Positions 13,293 to 24,252 of a stretch of 64,000 nucleotides of DNA are shown one piece after another (position 1 is the stretch's first letter; the number at the start of each line of letters is the position of its first letter). The notes under the pieces were generated by a model that was not told the origin of the DNA, ran no database searches, and saw only the letters and a list, made by a program, of their open reading frames with translations. The translations under genes and the position numbers were made by a program. This stretch comes from Minutocellus sp. GHC0000111. Taxonomy: Eukaryota. The stretch covers positions 744,001 through 808,000 of the forward strand of contig OZ361257.1 of assembly GCA_977018835.1 (NCBI GenBank), in the 5' to 3' direction.

Positions 13293-13619
13293 GATAAGAG
13301 CAGAAGGGCGGGGTGAGAGGACTTTCAAGTTGCAAGTAGCGATGAGTATGATATGATGATATGATTTGCAGGTGGATTCTTGATTCGATTCATTCTTCAT
13401 GCTTCTATTCGCATTCATTGAAGGAATGGATTAATTCGACGGACAGACGTAGACCCGACCAGCCGAGTCAGCCGAGAGCCGAGCGAGCGCAATAGCTCAG
13501 CGAGGCCGCCACATCGATTCATTAATTCGATCGGCGGCCGACCGACCCCATATGCTGCCGACCATACCAGCGCACCCTCTCAGTTTCCACGGCCGGTCGA
13601 CATATTCCAGCATTCTAGC

Positions 13620-14957
13620 ATGCCAGCCAAGAAATTTGCCTCAAAGCGACCGCGGGGAGCAGCTGCTGCCAATACTTGTTGCGAGGGTAACAATTATGAC
13701 GCCGATGGAAACCCATTATCGGGAATGACAATCGCCTGCGCTCTGCAGCAAAACGACACTGCAATTTTGGCGTCTACCCTCAAAGATTGTTTACCAGGCG
13801 GCAGAGATGCCGTTGTCACCGGAGTTGCAATTTCCAAGTCGCTGGGAGAGGCCTTCACGGGTGGGAGGAGCACGCCGGTGTATTACATAACGTGCAATGT
13901 GATGCGCCCTGGGTGGGACCAGCCCAAGGAACGGCACTTTGTGGCGAAGCTAGTCATTATGGAGGGCGACGCGTCGACGAATGCCAGACTTGCCACGAAG
14001 AGAGAATCATATGCCGTAGAACGACGATTCTACGATGTGGCCGCTCCTAGAATACGAGATGATCCCATGGCTTGTGGTATCGCATTGGAAATTCCCAGGC
14101 TTTTGGCTTCGGACCGAGATGGAAGTAAGCCGCACCCAGCGGTGTGCTTTCTAATGAATGATGTACGATCACGTGGATTTCCAAGGCATCCTGAATTTTT
14201 GTCCGTATCGGAAGCAAAGAGAGCACTCAAGTGGATAGCGCGGCTCCATGCCATGTTTTGGAATGACGGGAAGTCTCAGGATTGGCGGCGTGACCTTTGG
14301 AAAAGAGGAGGCTTCTGGACTGACGGCAAAGATGCAGTCAATATGCAAACAACTTCTGCACAATGGACACAAACCGTAAGGTGGTTGCAGACACATCATC
14401 CAGAACTAGTTTCAGAAGAAGTCAAAGGGATTGGAAAACGAATCCAAGCTTTGGCAGGTCCATTGGATCGTTTTCTATCGATGGAGAGTGCTGGACCAAG
14501 CGATTACAAAGCTGCAAATTTATTTCTATCCGAGTCGAGAGCTGGTGATGATCCCCTTGGTGCTGAATCGGTTGCCGTGGTTGATTTTCAATTTGCTGGA
14601 GGTGGTTTGGGTGCAGAGGATGTTTCTTATCTTTTGTTTTCAGACGCCCGAGGGCACTACTTTAACGACGAAGATGATCTTCTTCAGGTCTACCACGAAG
14701 AGTTGGTAACATCTCTGATTGAGCAGAGGAAAGGCGGACCATCGTCCATATCGCTCGATTGCCTTAAGATGCAGTTTGAGCTTTCTCGAGTTGACTTTAC
14801 TCGGCATTTGCTTGGCAGAGGTTGGGTAGCCAGCACCGAGGGGGATGTGCTGTTGGTGAGAGCCCTTGCGACAACTTTGAGCAATATTGATGGTGGAAGT
14901 CCTCTTGGAAGTGAAGACAAGTACCTTGCAAAGCTGGGTAGTCTTTGTGAAGGATGA
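13620..14957 (+). CDS. Ecdysteroid-kinase-like / choline-aminoglycoside kinase fold protein; catalytic HGD motif apparently deleted
   Basis: SYAVERRFY, ALKWIARLHAMFW, DYKAANLF, VVDFQFAGGGLGAEDVSYLL; the HG expected before DYK is replaced by GPS. Confidence 0.75.
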   Translation: MPAKKFASKRPRGAAAANTCCEGNNYDADGNPLSGMTIACALQQNDTAILASTLKDCLPGGRDAVVTGVAISKSLGEAFTGGRSTPVYYITCNVMRPGWDQPKERHFVAKLVIMEGDASTNARLATKRESYAVERRFYDVAAPRIRDDPMACGIALEIPRLLASDRDGSKPHPAVCFLMNDVRSRGFPRHPEFLSVSEAKRALKWIARLHAMFWNDGKSQDWRRDLWKRGGFWTDGKDAVNMQTTSAQWTQTVRWLQTHHPELVSEEVKGIGKRIQALAGPLDRFLSMESAGPSDYKAANLFLSESRAGDDPLGAESVAVVDFQFAGGGLGAEDVSYLLFSDARGHYFNDEDDLLQVYHEELVTSLIEQRKGGPSSISLDCLKMQFELSRVDFTRHLLGRGWVASTEGDVLLVRALATTLSNIDGGSPLGSEDKYLAKLGSLCEG

Positions 14958-15192
14958 CAATAGAAATAGAGAGAGGGAGTGATAAATTTGCAAAGTACTA
15001 CTCTATCTCAAATATGAGATAATATAAAGGGAAACCTCGGTTCGGGAGTGGCATTTAAAGTCAAGTGAGAAACGCCTGCAAAACGCCGTTTGCTCGTTTG
15101 CTGGAGGAAATAAAATAAATGCGAACACGAGGAGGCGAGGAGGTAACGGCCGCCTCACCGCCCGATATTCGAGAGCAGTCAAACTCTGTTGC

Positions 15193-16635
15193 ATGCCAAA
15201 GGCAACAATGGCTTCCAGCGAGCAGAGCGGCAATGTCGAGGCTGACGACGGCATCGAGCTCCGACCGCTCGTCGGTTCGTCATCTCCTCCGCCTTCACCC
15301 TCCCCTCGGGCGATTCCTCGCAGTTTATTGCCGCATACTCCCGTGGATTTGCACCCTCGGCGACCACCCCCGGTCGCTGTCGATTTATCAGACCTCGATC
15401 ACACGTTCTCGGACCATGACACGCTGCTAGAGGATGTCAAATTGCACGATGCGGGTGGTCATGGACATGGCCACGGTGGTGGACCGGGAGGGTCGACCCC
15501 ACGGCAAACCGTCATTATCATTTTTATTTCTTTTGTGGGTGCTGGGATGCTCGGAATGCCCTATGCCTTCTCGCGGTCGGGTTGGGCCCTGGGTGTGATA
15601 TGCCTCTGTGCAGTGTCAACGGCTAACGTTTACTGCATGCTTCTGCTGGTCAAGACACGACGGCGACTCGAATTGAATGGACACAAAAACATAGAGGGAT
15701 ATGGAGATGTTGGACGGATAGTGCTTGGCGACAACGGAGAAACTTTAGTCAACACATGCCTGATCATATCCCAGGTTGGGTTCGCCACTGCCTACATTAC
15801 CTTTATCGCAGCAAACATAACATCCATTTTTCCGGGCGTTGGCAGAGCGGTGGTCTGTTACGGATGCGTTCCAATGCTTAGCATCCTGGTTCAAGTGAAG
15901 GACATGGCGATGCTTTCTCCTTTTTCATTGTTTGCAGATGTTGCCAACCTTTCAGGCACAACAGCTGTGTTCCTGCAGGACTTTAAGGCATTCAGCCATC
16001 ACGAAACAATCAAGGCATATGATTGGACAGCATTTCTCTATGTTACTGCAGTGGCTGTGTATTCGCTCGAGGGTGTCGGCATGGTACTACCACTGGAGTC
16101 ATCTTGTGCAAAACGCGAAGAATTTCCAAAGATACTCAAATGGACTATCGTTGGCATTACATTACTCATCGCGAGTTTCGGGGTCGCTGGGTATGCCGCA
16201 TTTGGTCCACATACTGAGGCTCCTATTACCCTGAATGTCGATGGAACTGTTGCATCGTTTGTCAAATTGGCGCTGTGCATAGCGCTCTATTTGACGTACC
16301 CCATAATGTTCTATCCAGTGTGGCTTGTGGCTCCATTGTCGGGTCCCTTTCGCGTGGCGGCTGTGGTAGGAACGGCAGCTGTGGCCCATGCGGTTCCTTC
16401 GTTTGGAAAGTTTTTGGGTCTGGTCGGCGCATCGATCTGCACTCTTCTTATCCCGGCTATTCTTCATATCAAGGTATTCCACTACGAAAAGGGACCGCAA
16501 GGAGACGGACTCAAGAAATGGGAGCTTTGGCTGGACTACTTCTTCATCGCATTTGGAATTGTATTTGGCGTCCTTGGCACGTACGATTCCTTCATGGCCT
16601 TGATCAATCACACGGAAGGAGGAGCACACAGGTGA
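15193..16635 (+). CDS. Amino acid transporter (AAAP/SLC36-like, Aa_trans)
   Basis: FVGAGMLGMPYAF, YSLEGVGMVLPLE, GYAAFG, TYPIMFYP; about 10-11 TM segments after a hydrophilic N-terminus. Confidence 0.9.
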   Translation: MPKATMASSEQSGNVEADDGIELRPLVGSSSPPPSPSPRAIPRSLLPHTPVDLHPRRPPPVAVDLSDLDHTFSDHDTLLEDVKLHDAGGHGHGHGGGPGGSTPRQTVIIIFISFVGAGMLGMPYAFSRSGWALGVICLCAVSTANVYCMLLLVKTRRRLELNGHKNIEGYGDVGRIVLGDNGETLVNTCLIISQVGFATAYITFIAANITSIFPGVGRAVVCYGCVPMLSILVQVKDMAMLSPFSLFADVANLSGTTAVFLQDFKAFSHHETIKAYDWTAFLYVTAVAVYSLEGVGMVLPLESSCAKREEFPKILKWTIVGITLLIASFGVAGYAAFGPHTEAPITLNVDGTVASFVKLALCIALYLTYPIMFYPVWLVAPLSGPFRVAAVVGTAAVAHAVPSFGKFLGLVGASICTLLIPAILHIKVFHYEKGPQGDGLKKWELWLDYFFIAFGIVFGVLGTYDSFMALINHTEGGAHR

Positions 16636-16715
16636 CAACATGCATTTTAACAGGCCTCGCACTCTCGTCAGTAAGGTAAAAAATATGTAAATTTAATTAA
16701 AGCTAACCCCGAAAC

Positions 16716-18442
16716 CTAGCCTTCGCCGCCATCGCCCTGCATGCATCCCTCTTCCATTCCAAAATAAAAGGTCGGGGTGTTGACGGGCGGAGCACCGGCG
16801 GGAGGTGCCTTTACGTAGTCGAGCTGATCGATTGCCTCGGAATTGTTGTCGGCCCAAAGCAAAAAATTACTCGTTTGCGTCGGGTTGAGAATGGACATGA
16901 ATCGATCCGTACATTCCTCTACGCCAGAGTTGAGGAGCCAGTCGTTGCTGGCCAGCGCCTCTAGACAAGAATCAATGGTATCGATGGCCCGACGCTCCTC
17001 TTCGAGACCCTCGGTAGTCTTTTGAAGCTGTCCCTTCTGCTCCGGGGTTAGATTGAGTAGCTCCTGTAATTCTCGGGCCAGCTCTGCCTCTTCAGCAGCG
17101 ATAGCTGCAGCATCATCGTCTTGAGCTTCGCCAGCCTTTTTCTGTTCGTCGTCCTGTTCGCCATATCGTGCAAACAAGCCCAGCATCATGATCTCGGACT
17201 GCACATCCCGAATGGTCGCCACCTGCTCCCGCTGCTGACGAATAATGGATTGGATGAGTTCCTTTCGCTTCTCAACCGGTATGTGCTGCTGACCTCGATC
17301 CATCGACAGTGCCTCGAGGAGTGCATTGGGATCCGAACCGACACCCCAAGAGTGCGCACGAAGCTTGGCAAGAGACGCCTCGAGGACGCCGACCTCTCCC
17401 TCGTAGCTGTCCACCTGTTGTGAGTTACAAGTTGGCATGCGATAAAATTGATGAATAAGTTAGAAATATATATAACATACAGATAAACGCTTCACCCAAA
17501 ATCCAACGATTCAACATGGATAGATAGATGGCCACCCCTACTCACCAAATTCTTCTTCTTGAGTCGTCGCAGCCTTGCGCTGGCCCGATTCCGTGCCAAC
17601 CTCTTCCGTCTCTTAGCCTCCTCGGCGTCCTGCTGGGCTGCATAGGAGGATATGTCGGGCATGGATACCGACCGACCGCCGGCACCGGACGACGACTTTC
17701 GTACCGTGGTGGAGGGCGGTCGGCCTCTGCCGCCAATGGCGCCCGACGATGATGATGGCGGGGCACCGGGATGGGCTGCCGAGTTGCCGCTGGGAGCACC
17801 GGCATGGTTGTACGACGATGACCCACCGTACGACTGCTGCGATGGCGGCCCGGCCGGTGCACCTGGAATGCGCATGGGACCCAGAGGGAGGGGCGTCGGC
17901 ACTCCGTTGGGACCCATCATTGGTCCCGAGCCTGCTGCTGCCGGTGCACCTGGATGACCGTAGGAATAACCTCCCGTCTGCTGCTGCTGTTGCGGGTCGG
18001 GCTCTTCGGTAAGCTCCTCCTCTTCGCCGACGCTGGCCAGAGTCCCGTGCGATCCACCTGAGGGGGGCAGCAGGGGCTGGAGACTGCCCAGATCAGGACA
18101 GCTGGCGGCGTGACTGCCCATTCCCATGCTGCCGCCTCCTCCTCCCGAGGGTGAAGTTGCACTTGCAGCGCCCTGCCGGTAGGCCTCCTGCAGCGCCATG
18201 GCGTACTCCGACTCGCTGCCGGGCATCCCAGCGCCGCCCGTCCCACCGACCGCGCCCGTTCCGGACGGAGGGCCCGCCCCGTAGAACGGCACGGGTGGGG
18301 TCCGCCACTGCCCGACCTTGGCGTGACGCTTGGCGGGGTTGTTGGCATCGTCACCACCGCCGCCTGCGCCGGCGGCGGCCGCATTTGCATTCGTATTTGT
18401 GTTATCGGCGGCGCCGCTGCTGTTTCCGTCTGCTCCTTCCAT
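16716..18442 (-). CDS. bZIP transcription factor; 2 exons (18442-17546, 17414-16716)
   Basis: KRRKRLARNRASARLRRLKKKNL|VDSYEGEVGVLEASLAKL joined across a GTGAGT...CAG intron (17545-17415); Gly/Pro-rich N-terminus. Confidence 0.85.
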
Positions 18443-18881
18443 TGGTTTGGGTGCCCTGCCGCAGTTGTCTGTTTGGTCTGTATCTTTAGTGGATAATGTC
18501 TTTTGGCGCCGGATACCGAGGTGGTACGAGACGTGTTCTTTGTTCTTCGCCTTCGAGTTGGGGACGGAAATCAAAACGAGCGCGAGCGTGAAATGAGCAC
18601 TACTTTATGGGTTACGTCGATATTGCATAGAGTGGAAAGTAGCAAAGGGTTCTCATCGAAAGCAAAGGTTCGCTGCTGCCACAGAACAAAATCACACCGA
18701 CATCAACCTGCGGCTCTTTGCGGCACGATTGCCGCCGCAGCCGGCGGAATCTCGGCGACCAGCGGGCGGGCGGTGGCAGCGGGTTTTGTCTTGCCCATAA
18801 AGAAAACAAGCCTTGAAACGAAATCCTTGAACATTCTGTGCACAAAACATTTTCATCAAACCAAACGAGAAGAACGAACAC

Positions 18882-21776
18882 ATGAAGGGAGCAGTCGCGT
18901 CGTCGTCGCTGCTGCTGCTCTTGATTGCATTGGTGCTGTTGGTCCTCTCTTCCATGCGATGGCTTGTTGATGATCATAGCGATCGTGGGATCGGTCTGCG
19001 AAACTCGACATCTAATGTAACAGCGCCGCAAACATCCGGCAAACGAAAGAGGGCAAAAATCTATTACCGAGAGGGCATAGCGTACGATCGACGACAACTC
19101 AAAACCTTATACGATCGTGATCTATCGACTACCTTTACCTCCTACTTTGAGCCCCAGATGACCACGACGATTATGCCCGAAGAGGTGAACCAGCTCGGGA
19201 CGGGAAACGGCGAATTATTTACGATTCAACACACCATCGACGGAGCAACGGCTGCAGATCTTGACAGCGTGCCGTTCGAGGTTGTGTTTGCCATTGACAC
19301 CTCGGAGGATATAGCAAACAGTAGTCTACCATACGACCCAAAGGGTAAGAGACTGTATCAGTGCAAAAGCTTTATCGGCAAGCTTGATCCTTCACATGAT
19401 AGAGTCGCCGCTGTGAGCTGGAATGAGCAAGTCACATCATGGAGGCCCCTTAGCACGGACTTTGCTGCCACACGGAGTGAAATCGACCACTACTTTGACT
19501 ATGGACAGTACGTTTCCCATTTGGATGTGGGATTGAATAAGGCTGTGCATATCTTGGATGCCTCGACCTGGACTCACTCCATCAAAGCGATTGTCTTTGT
19601 CACAAACGGGTATGAAGAATATACATTTAGCAGTTCGATGGCAGATGGTCCTATCAAACAGGCTATGATAAAAGGGTATCGGGTCTATCCCATCGGTCTG
19701 CTTGACACTGGCAGTACAGCGGTAGATCTTGCTACCAAGACTCGATTGCAGGACATGGCTGCGAGCACGAACGAAGGAAATTTTTATACTATAACAAGCG
19801 ATGGAGACATGCGGATCCCATTCGAGACCGCGTATGACGACATGATGGCTCTTTTGGATCAGAAATGTCCAACTCATGTGGGTGTTACCGAAGTTCTAGG
19901 AGATGGAATAGTACTTGATGCTACATCGGTCAGTCCTACTCCCACTAGCACATCATCAAATACCATTTTTTGGCAAAACCTGGAAACTGCCTCCTCCGGT
20001 CCCTATTTCTGTGGTGACAAGCCAAGTCTCAATTTGACATATTCAGCCTGGTCGTCTACAGCAGGAACGCCCGTCAAAGTAAGCGGCCCTGTACTCTTTG
20101 GGTATCAGGGTGCATCGTGCGGAGCAGTATGTCGCAAGAAGACCTATGACCTCGGGCAGACCGACACGAGCGCTTATATTCCTTTGGAAACAATCATCGA
20201 TTATGAAGTCAATTATACCAATTCGGGCAACACCCACTTGAGTGGAGTCGTCCTAAGGAGTATCCATTCGCCTCACCTACAAATTATACCGGGCCATGGA
20301 GGTTTCTACAGCAGTTCAACCCGAACAGTCACTTGGGCCATCGGCAACTTTCCAGCCGAAGCCAACGGTACAAAGCATCTCACGGCTGAGCTGGTATCCA
20401 GGGCCGACGAACCGAATGGCGCGCCAAATTTCACCAATGCTTTTGAGATCTATAGTACCGAAATTACTATCCCAGTTGTGGAGGAAGTCGTGGCAAGGGT
20501 GGCTCCACCAACAAACCTCACTCTATCAATTGATGACGGACTGGGCGACTCCGAGTGCATCAGTGATCCGAATGGCACCACGTTCTATCTAAACTTCACC
20601 AATATGGATGTCTTCAGTGAGCGAATTAATGTTACTCTTGTCGCAGAACTATCTGATCAGGTGGCATATCAATCAGCATCAGATGGAGGGGTCTACAACC
20701 ACACCGCCAGAGAAATCGTATGGACCGTCGATAGCATTGGGCCCAGCTCTGAAGATTCTCGATATTTCGTTGTCATCTTTACATCCAACTCAAGTGCTCT
20801 CTTGACCGATGCCTCGATTGTGAGCGTTGAAGGAAATACGACAGAAGCGCAACTCAATACAAGCATCTGTTTGCCCCTTGATTGGAGGACATATGTAAAC
20901 CTTCCACCGGTGGCCCAATGTAAGTCGGTCGTCGAGCCTGCCGATGATGAATGTCTTGTCCACGTTGCTCCACATTTGGTCGACGGAGGATGCTATGATC
21001 CAGAAAATGCAACACTATCATCCAACACCTCTATCAGTAACTGTTCGCTGGGTACTACGGCGGTTACTCTCAGCATCAGTGACGGCCAGCTCGGGGATGA
21101 GTGCCAGGCGAACGTTACCGTTGAAGATTGGACTCCTCCCCCTCCACCTTCCGTCCAAACATCAACCTTCTACCTTTGGCCACCAACGCAAGAGTTGTTT
21201 GCCATCCAAAACGTGAGCAGCCTCCATGGAGACTCGTTGGACAATTGTAGCAGAGAAAACATCATCACGTCGTTCATGGGTTGCTCAACTACTGACCACC
21301 AGGGAACATTGCCGATCGATTGTTTCTACGATGCCGCCACTGACACCCTTTTTGTTCGAGCGGAGCAGCTCACTGTCTCTCGCCGTTACCTCCGCCGACG
21401 TCTGAAAAGTAGTAAAGATACGAAAGCTTCAAAGGCATCGTCAAAATTGAAGTCCCAAAAGATGTCCAAGGCATCCGCCAGTGGTGATTTGCCAACGTTA
21501 CCTCGAGCTCGACCTCGGGATCCTCCGCCGATCCGCCCAAGGATTGAGCCAACGCACACCTATCACGTTCGACTGGACCACGCTGACGAAGCTGGCAATG
21601 TCCGACCAACAACATTTATCGTACATGCACCGCATTCCGACCAGGAGGTACAGAACTTGGGTCTTGGCCGCTATCAAAGATTGGATACAGATTCAGGGAG
21701 TGTGGTAATGCCAGTTTCGGAGGGTAGAAATCGCCGCCGGAGGCACAATTACAGGACCCAAGCCAACAGTATTTGA
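18882..21776 (+). CDS. Secreted or signal-anchored modular surface protein: vWA-like domain, two DUF11-like repeats, HYR/Ig-like domain
   Basis: Hydrophobic N-terminus; VVFAIDTS...DRVAAVSW...AIVFVTNG (vWA); YEVNYTNSG...GGFYSSSTRTVTWAIG and ASDGGVYNHTAREIVWTV (DUF11-like); NLPPVAQCK...DGGCYDPE...VTVEDWTPP; intronless 964 aa. Confidence 0.7.
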   Translation: MKGAVASSSLLLLLIALVLLVLSSMRWLVDDHSDRGIGLRNSTSNVTAPQTSGKRKRAKIYYREGIAYDRRQLKTLYDRDLSTTFTSYFEPQMTTTIMPEEVNQLGTGNGELFTIQHTIDGATAADLDSVPFEVVFAIDTSEDIANSSLPYDPKGKRLYQCKSFIGKLDPSHDRVAAVSWNEQVTSWRPLSTDFAATRSEIDHYFDYGQYVSHLDVGLNKAVHILDASTWTHSIKAIVFVTNGYEEYTFSSSMADGPIKQAMIKGYRVYPIGLLDTGSTAVDLATKTRLQDMAASTNEGNFYTITSDGDMRIPFETAYDDMMALLDQKCPTHVGVTEVLGDGIVLDATSVSPTPTSTSSNTIFWQNLETASSGPYFCGDKPSLNLTYSAWSSTAGTPVKVSGPVLFGYQGASCGAVCRKKTYDLGQTDTSAYIPLETIIDYEVNYTNSGNTHLSGVVLRSIHSPHLQIIPGHGGFYSSSTRTVTWAIGNFPAEANGTKHLTAELVSRADEPNGAPNFTNAFEIYSTEITIPVVEEVVARVAPPTNLTLSIDDGLGDSECISDPNGTTFYLNFTNMDVFSERINVTLVAELSDQVAYQSASDGGVYNHTAREIVWTVDSIGPSSEDSRYFVVIFTSNSSALLTDASIVSVEGNTTEAQLNTSICLPLDWRTYVNLPPVAQCKSVVEPADDECLVHVAPHLVDGGCYDPENATLSSNTSISNCSLGTTAVTLSISDGQLGDECQANVTVEDWTPPPPPSVQTSTFYLWPPTQELFAIQNVSSLHGDSLDNCSRENIITSFMGCSTTDHQGTLPIDCFYDAATDTLFVRAEQLTVSRRYLRRRLKSSKDTKASKASSKLKSQKMSKASASGDLPTLPRARPRDPPPIRPRIEPTHTYHVRLDHADEAGNVRPTTFIVHAPHSDQEVQNLGLGRYQRLDTDSGSVVMPVSEGRNRRRRHNYRTQANSI

Positions 21777-22057
21777 TTTGATTCATTAAATGGATTTGTT
21801 TTTTCGTTTGGAGCATGCACTGCTGATGATGAACGTATGCATGCATGAAAGAATTGGGGTTATTATTTGTAGATTGTTTAGACCAAATGTAATGTTAATA
21901 AAATTTTGATTTGTACCATACCGTGAACGTCACGACTAAGTAAGTGAATACTGTATTGACTCGACTTATCTCAACTCGACTCGTCTCGATCAAAGCAAAT
22001 GAATAAGTCAAGCTGTTGAACAAACATACATATCCTATCCGATGACATGTTGTAAGT

Positions 22058-22543
22058 TCACTGATTCCAGGGTAAGTAGAGCTCTCCTCTTGAATATAAT
22101 CTCAACATTTCATACCCATACGACCCAAACAAACCGGCCAACGAAACCAGTGCGAATATTGGAATAAACAGATCACGTTCGGGTGGCTCATTATTTTCTT
22201 GTTGGACTTTATTGCTGGAAGCTGACGAACCCGGCGCCGATCGCTCCGCTCGCTCTGCTTGTAGGGCAGCAAGCTCACGTTCCTGGTCGCTCTTTGATGA
22301 TGGAACACCCCACCCATCATCGTCGTCGTTGTCATCTGAACTCGTCGCCAGCAACCGACTGCCCAGAGTGAACGCTTCAGTGGGCAAACGAGTAGTTGCC
22401 TCACGGTAGTAGCGGTGCCCACTTCGTCCTTGTTGTGGACATGTCGAGCGCTCAGAATGCGACGTGAACGCATTTGCGCCCAAGATTTTCACTGTGAGGA
22501 GCAATGCACCCGGGATGATGATATTGCTGGGAGGAGAATGCAT
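22058..22543 (-). CDS. Small putatively plastid-targeted protein with C-terminal TM helix
   Basis: Signal-like leader ending GANAF, Ser/Thr/Arg-rich transit segment, TM LFIPIFALVSLAGLFGSYGY. Confidence 0.65.
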   Translation of the reverse strand: MHSPPSNIIIPGALLLTVKILGANAFTSHSERSTCPQQGRSGHRYYREATTRLPTEAFTLGSRLLATSSDDNDDDDGWGVPSSKSDQERELAALQAERAERSAPGSSASSNKVQQENNEPPERDLFIPIFALVSLAGLFGSYGYEMLRLYSRGELYLPWNQ

Positions 22544-22635
22544 GGTTCATTCGAGTACAATAAGATGAATTCAGAGGTATCGAGGCAGCCACGTAAAGTC
22601 AGGCTTGCGGCCAACGTAGGCCTACTAGTACGCTT

Positions 22636-22657
22636 GTAGGCCTACATGTAGGCCTAC
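22636..22657. repeat. Perfect 22-bp palindrome between divergent genes
   Basis: GTAGGCCTACATGTAGGCCTAC equals its own reverse complement. Confidence 0.95.
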
Positions 22658-23013
22658 CTAGGTACGTTTCTGTACGTACGAGTTTGTCGTACAAAAACGA
22701 ACATCTCATCGGTCTGTCCTGCATCGGTTAGCTGCTGCCCTGCCCATTGCCCGTGCGCGCTCAGGCAGGATGTCAAGAAGTCAAACAGAACCCGATCTGA
22801 AGATCAGAACATTCACATGATACCGCCCGTGCGCATTGGCACATCACATACATCAGCTTATCAAATATCCTATCCCAAGTGGTCTGTAGATAGCAGACCG
22901 TCGCTTCAAGAGTATCCCTCTAGCCCGGCCATCGTATCTTCTCTTCCTATCTTCTCCTACACACAACAGCTCTCATCAGAAGACATTGAGCGAAGAATCA
23001 AAGTAGAGATAAA

Positions 23014-24090
23014 ATGGATCGTCACCGTATCGAATCACCCGACCTCAACATTCCCGACGAAATCGCCAAGCCATGCCTCATCACGTATCGATCCGTCGGC
23101 GTCGGAATATTTGGCTTTGTTATGCGTTGGGTTGGAATGCCCCTCGAGAGAATAGCCATCCTCATGAACTCTTCCCAGGTGTCTGGATCGAATCAATTTG
23201 CTCAAAGTGTTCGATTGACATTCAAGGAGGGCCTGCTATCACCCTACAGAGTGGTGGGCCCTTCCTCCATCGCCGCTTGGTTCTTTCAGTACTCAGTAAT
23301 GGGAATGGCATTTCAAGTAGTTGACCACGCCTTGTCAGATGCTCTTGGTGTTCGACCAGTGGTCTATGGCCAGCAGCTGATGGAACCTGCTGATAAGCAA
23401 ACACCAAGTAATGATGCCGACGCGAGTTATCAAGCAAAATGCCTTTTCAAGACACTCCTTGCTCCCGTTTTAGCAGGATCATTGGAATCCGCCGTAGCCA
23501 ACCGAGCCGAGGTGGAGCGGTTCTTTGGCCCACAAAGGTTTGCCGCCATCGAGGCCAAGTTGAATTGGAGCGCCCCTGCGAGATTTCTCGGACCTGCCTT
23601 CCTCTCCAATACTACCAGGAATGTAATCATGTGCAATACTACCTTTGTGCTCACTCCAATCGCATACAAAATGTACTATCCACAGGAACAAAAGAATCAG
23701 ACCAGCCTCTTTTGGTTTGGCCTTGGTATGAATGTATTTGTAGGCAATGTCTTTGCTATCACCCAGCAGGCTCTGTGGGGGAGATCTTTGGATTATTGTG
23801 CCGAGGGCGGTGGACGGAATATTCGCTATGCCGATGTGGTTCGATCTGGTCTCAGGACCGACGGTGCGGCAGCATTCTTCACCATACCTAAATGGAGCTC
23901 ACGCGTATTGATGAATGCACCTGCACAGGGCCTGCTGCCTTGGTTTTACAACAATGTCTTGCCTCTTGGGGAGCACACGGTGCTCCAGGCCGTTTCCAAG
24001 CTTTACAAGTCGGGAAAAGGTGCTACAGGATCGCCCTCGCCTCAATCAGCGCCCCCCTTGAGCCCATCGCCAGCACATAAACTTGCGTGA
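23014..24090 (+). CDS. Uncharacterised membrane protein, possibly a divergent mitochondrial-carrier-like protein
   Basis: 358-aa ORF with several hydrophobic segments; GMPLERIAILMN loosely resembles the carrier Px(D/E)xxK motif. Confidence 0.55.
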   Translation: MDRHRIESPDLNIPDEIAKPCLITYRSVGVGIFGFVMRWVGMPLERIAILMNSSQVSGSNQFAQSVRLTFKEGLLSPYRVVGPSSIAAWFFQYSVMGMAFQVVDHALSDALGVRPVVYGQQLMEPADKQTPSNDADASYQAKCLFKTLLAPVLAGSLESAVANRAEVERFFGPQRFAAIEAKLNWSAPARFLGPAFLSNTTRNVIMCNTTFVLTPIAYKMYYPQEQKNQTSLFWFGLGMNVFVGNVFAITQQALWGRSLDYCAEGGGRNIRYADVVRSGLRTDGAAAFFTIPKWSSRVLMNAPAQGLLPWFYNNVLPLGEHTVLQAVSKLYKSGKGATGSPSPQSAPPLSPSPAHKLA

Positions 24091-24252
24091 TTGAGGAGGG
24101 TAGGGGCAGACGATGCGATACATCTGCTTATGAATATCGCTAATATCCTGGCTCGCCAAGATCTGCTAACTTTAGACACTCTTAATGCGTTACCCTCTTA
24201 CGTATCGCTATTACGCGGCTATATTATAATATGTTATTGGGTTATCCTTGGC

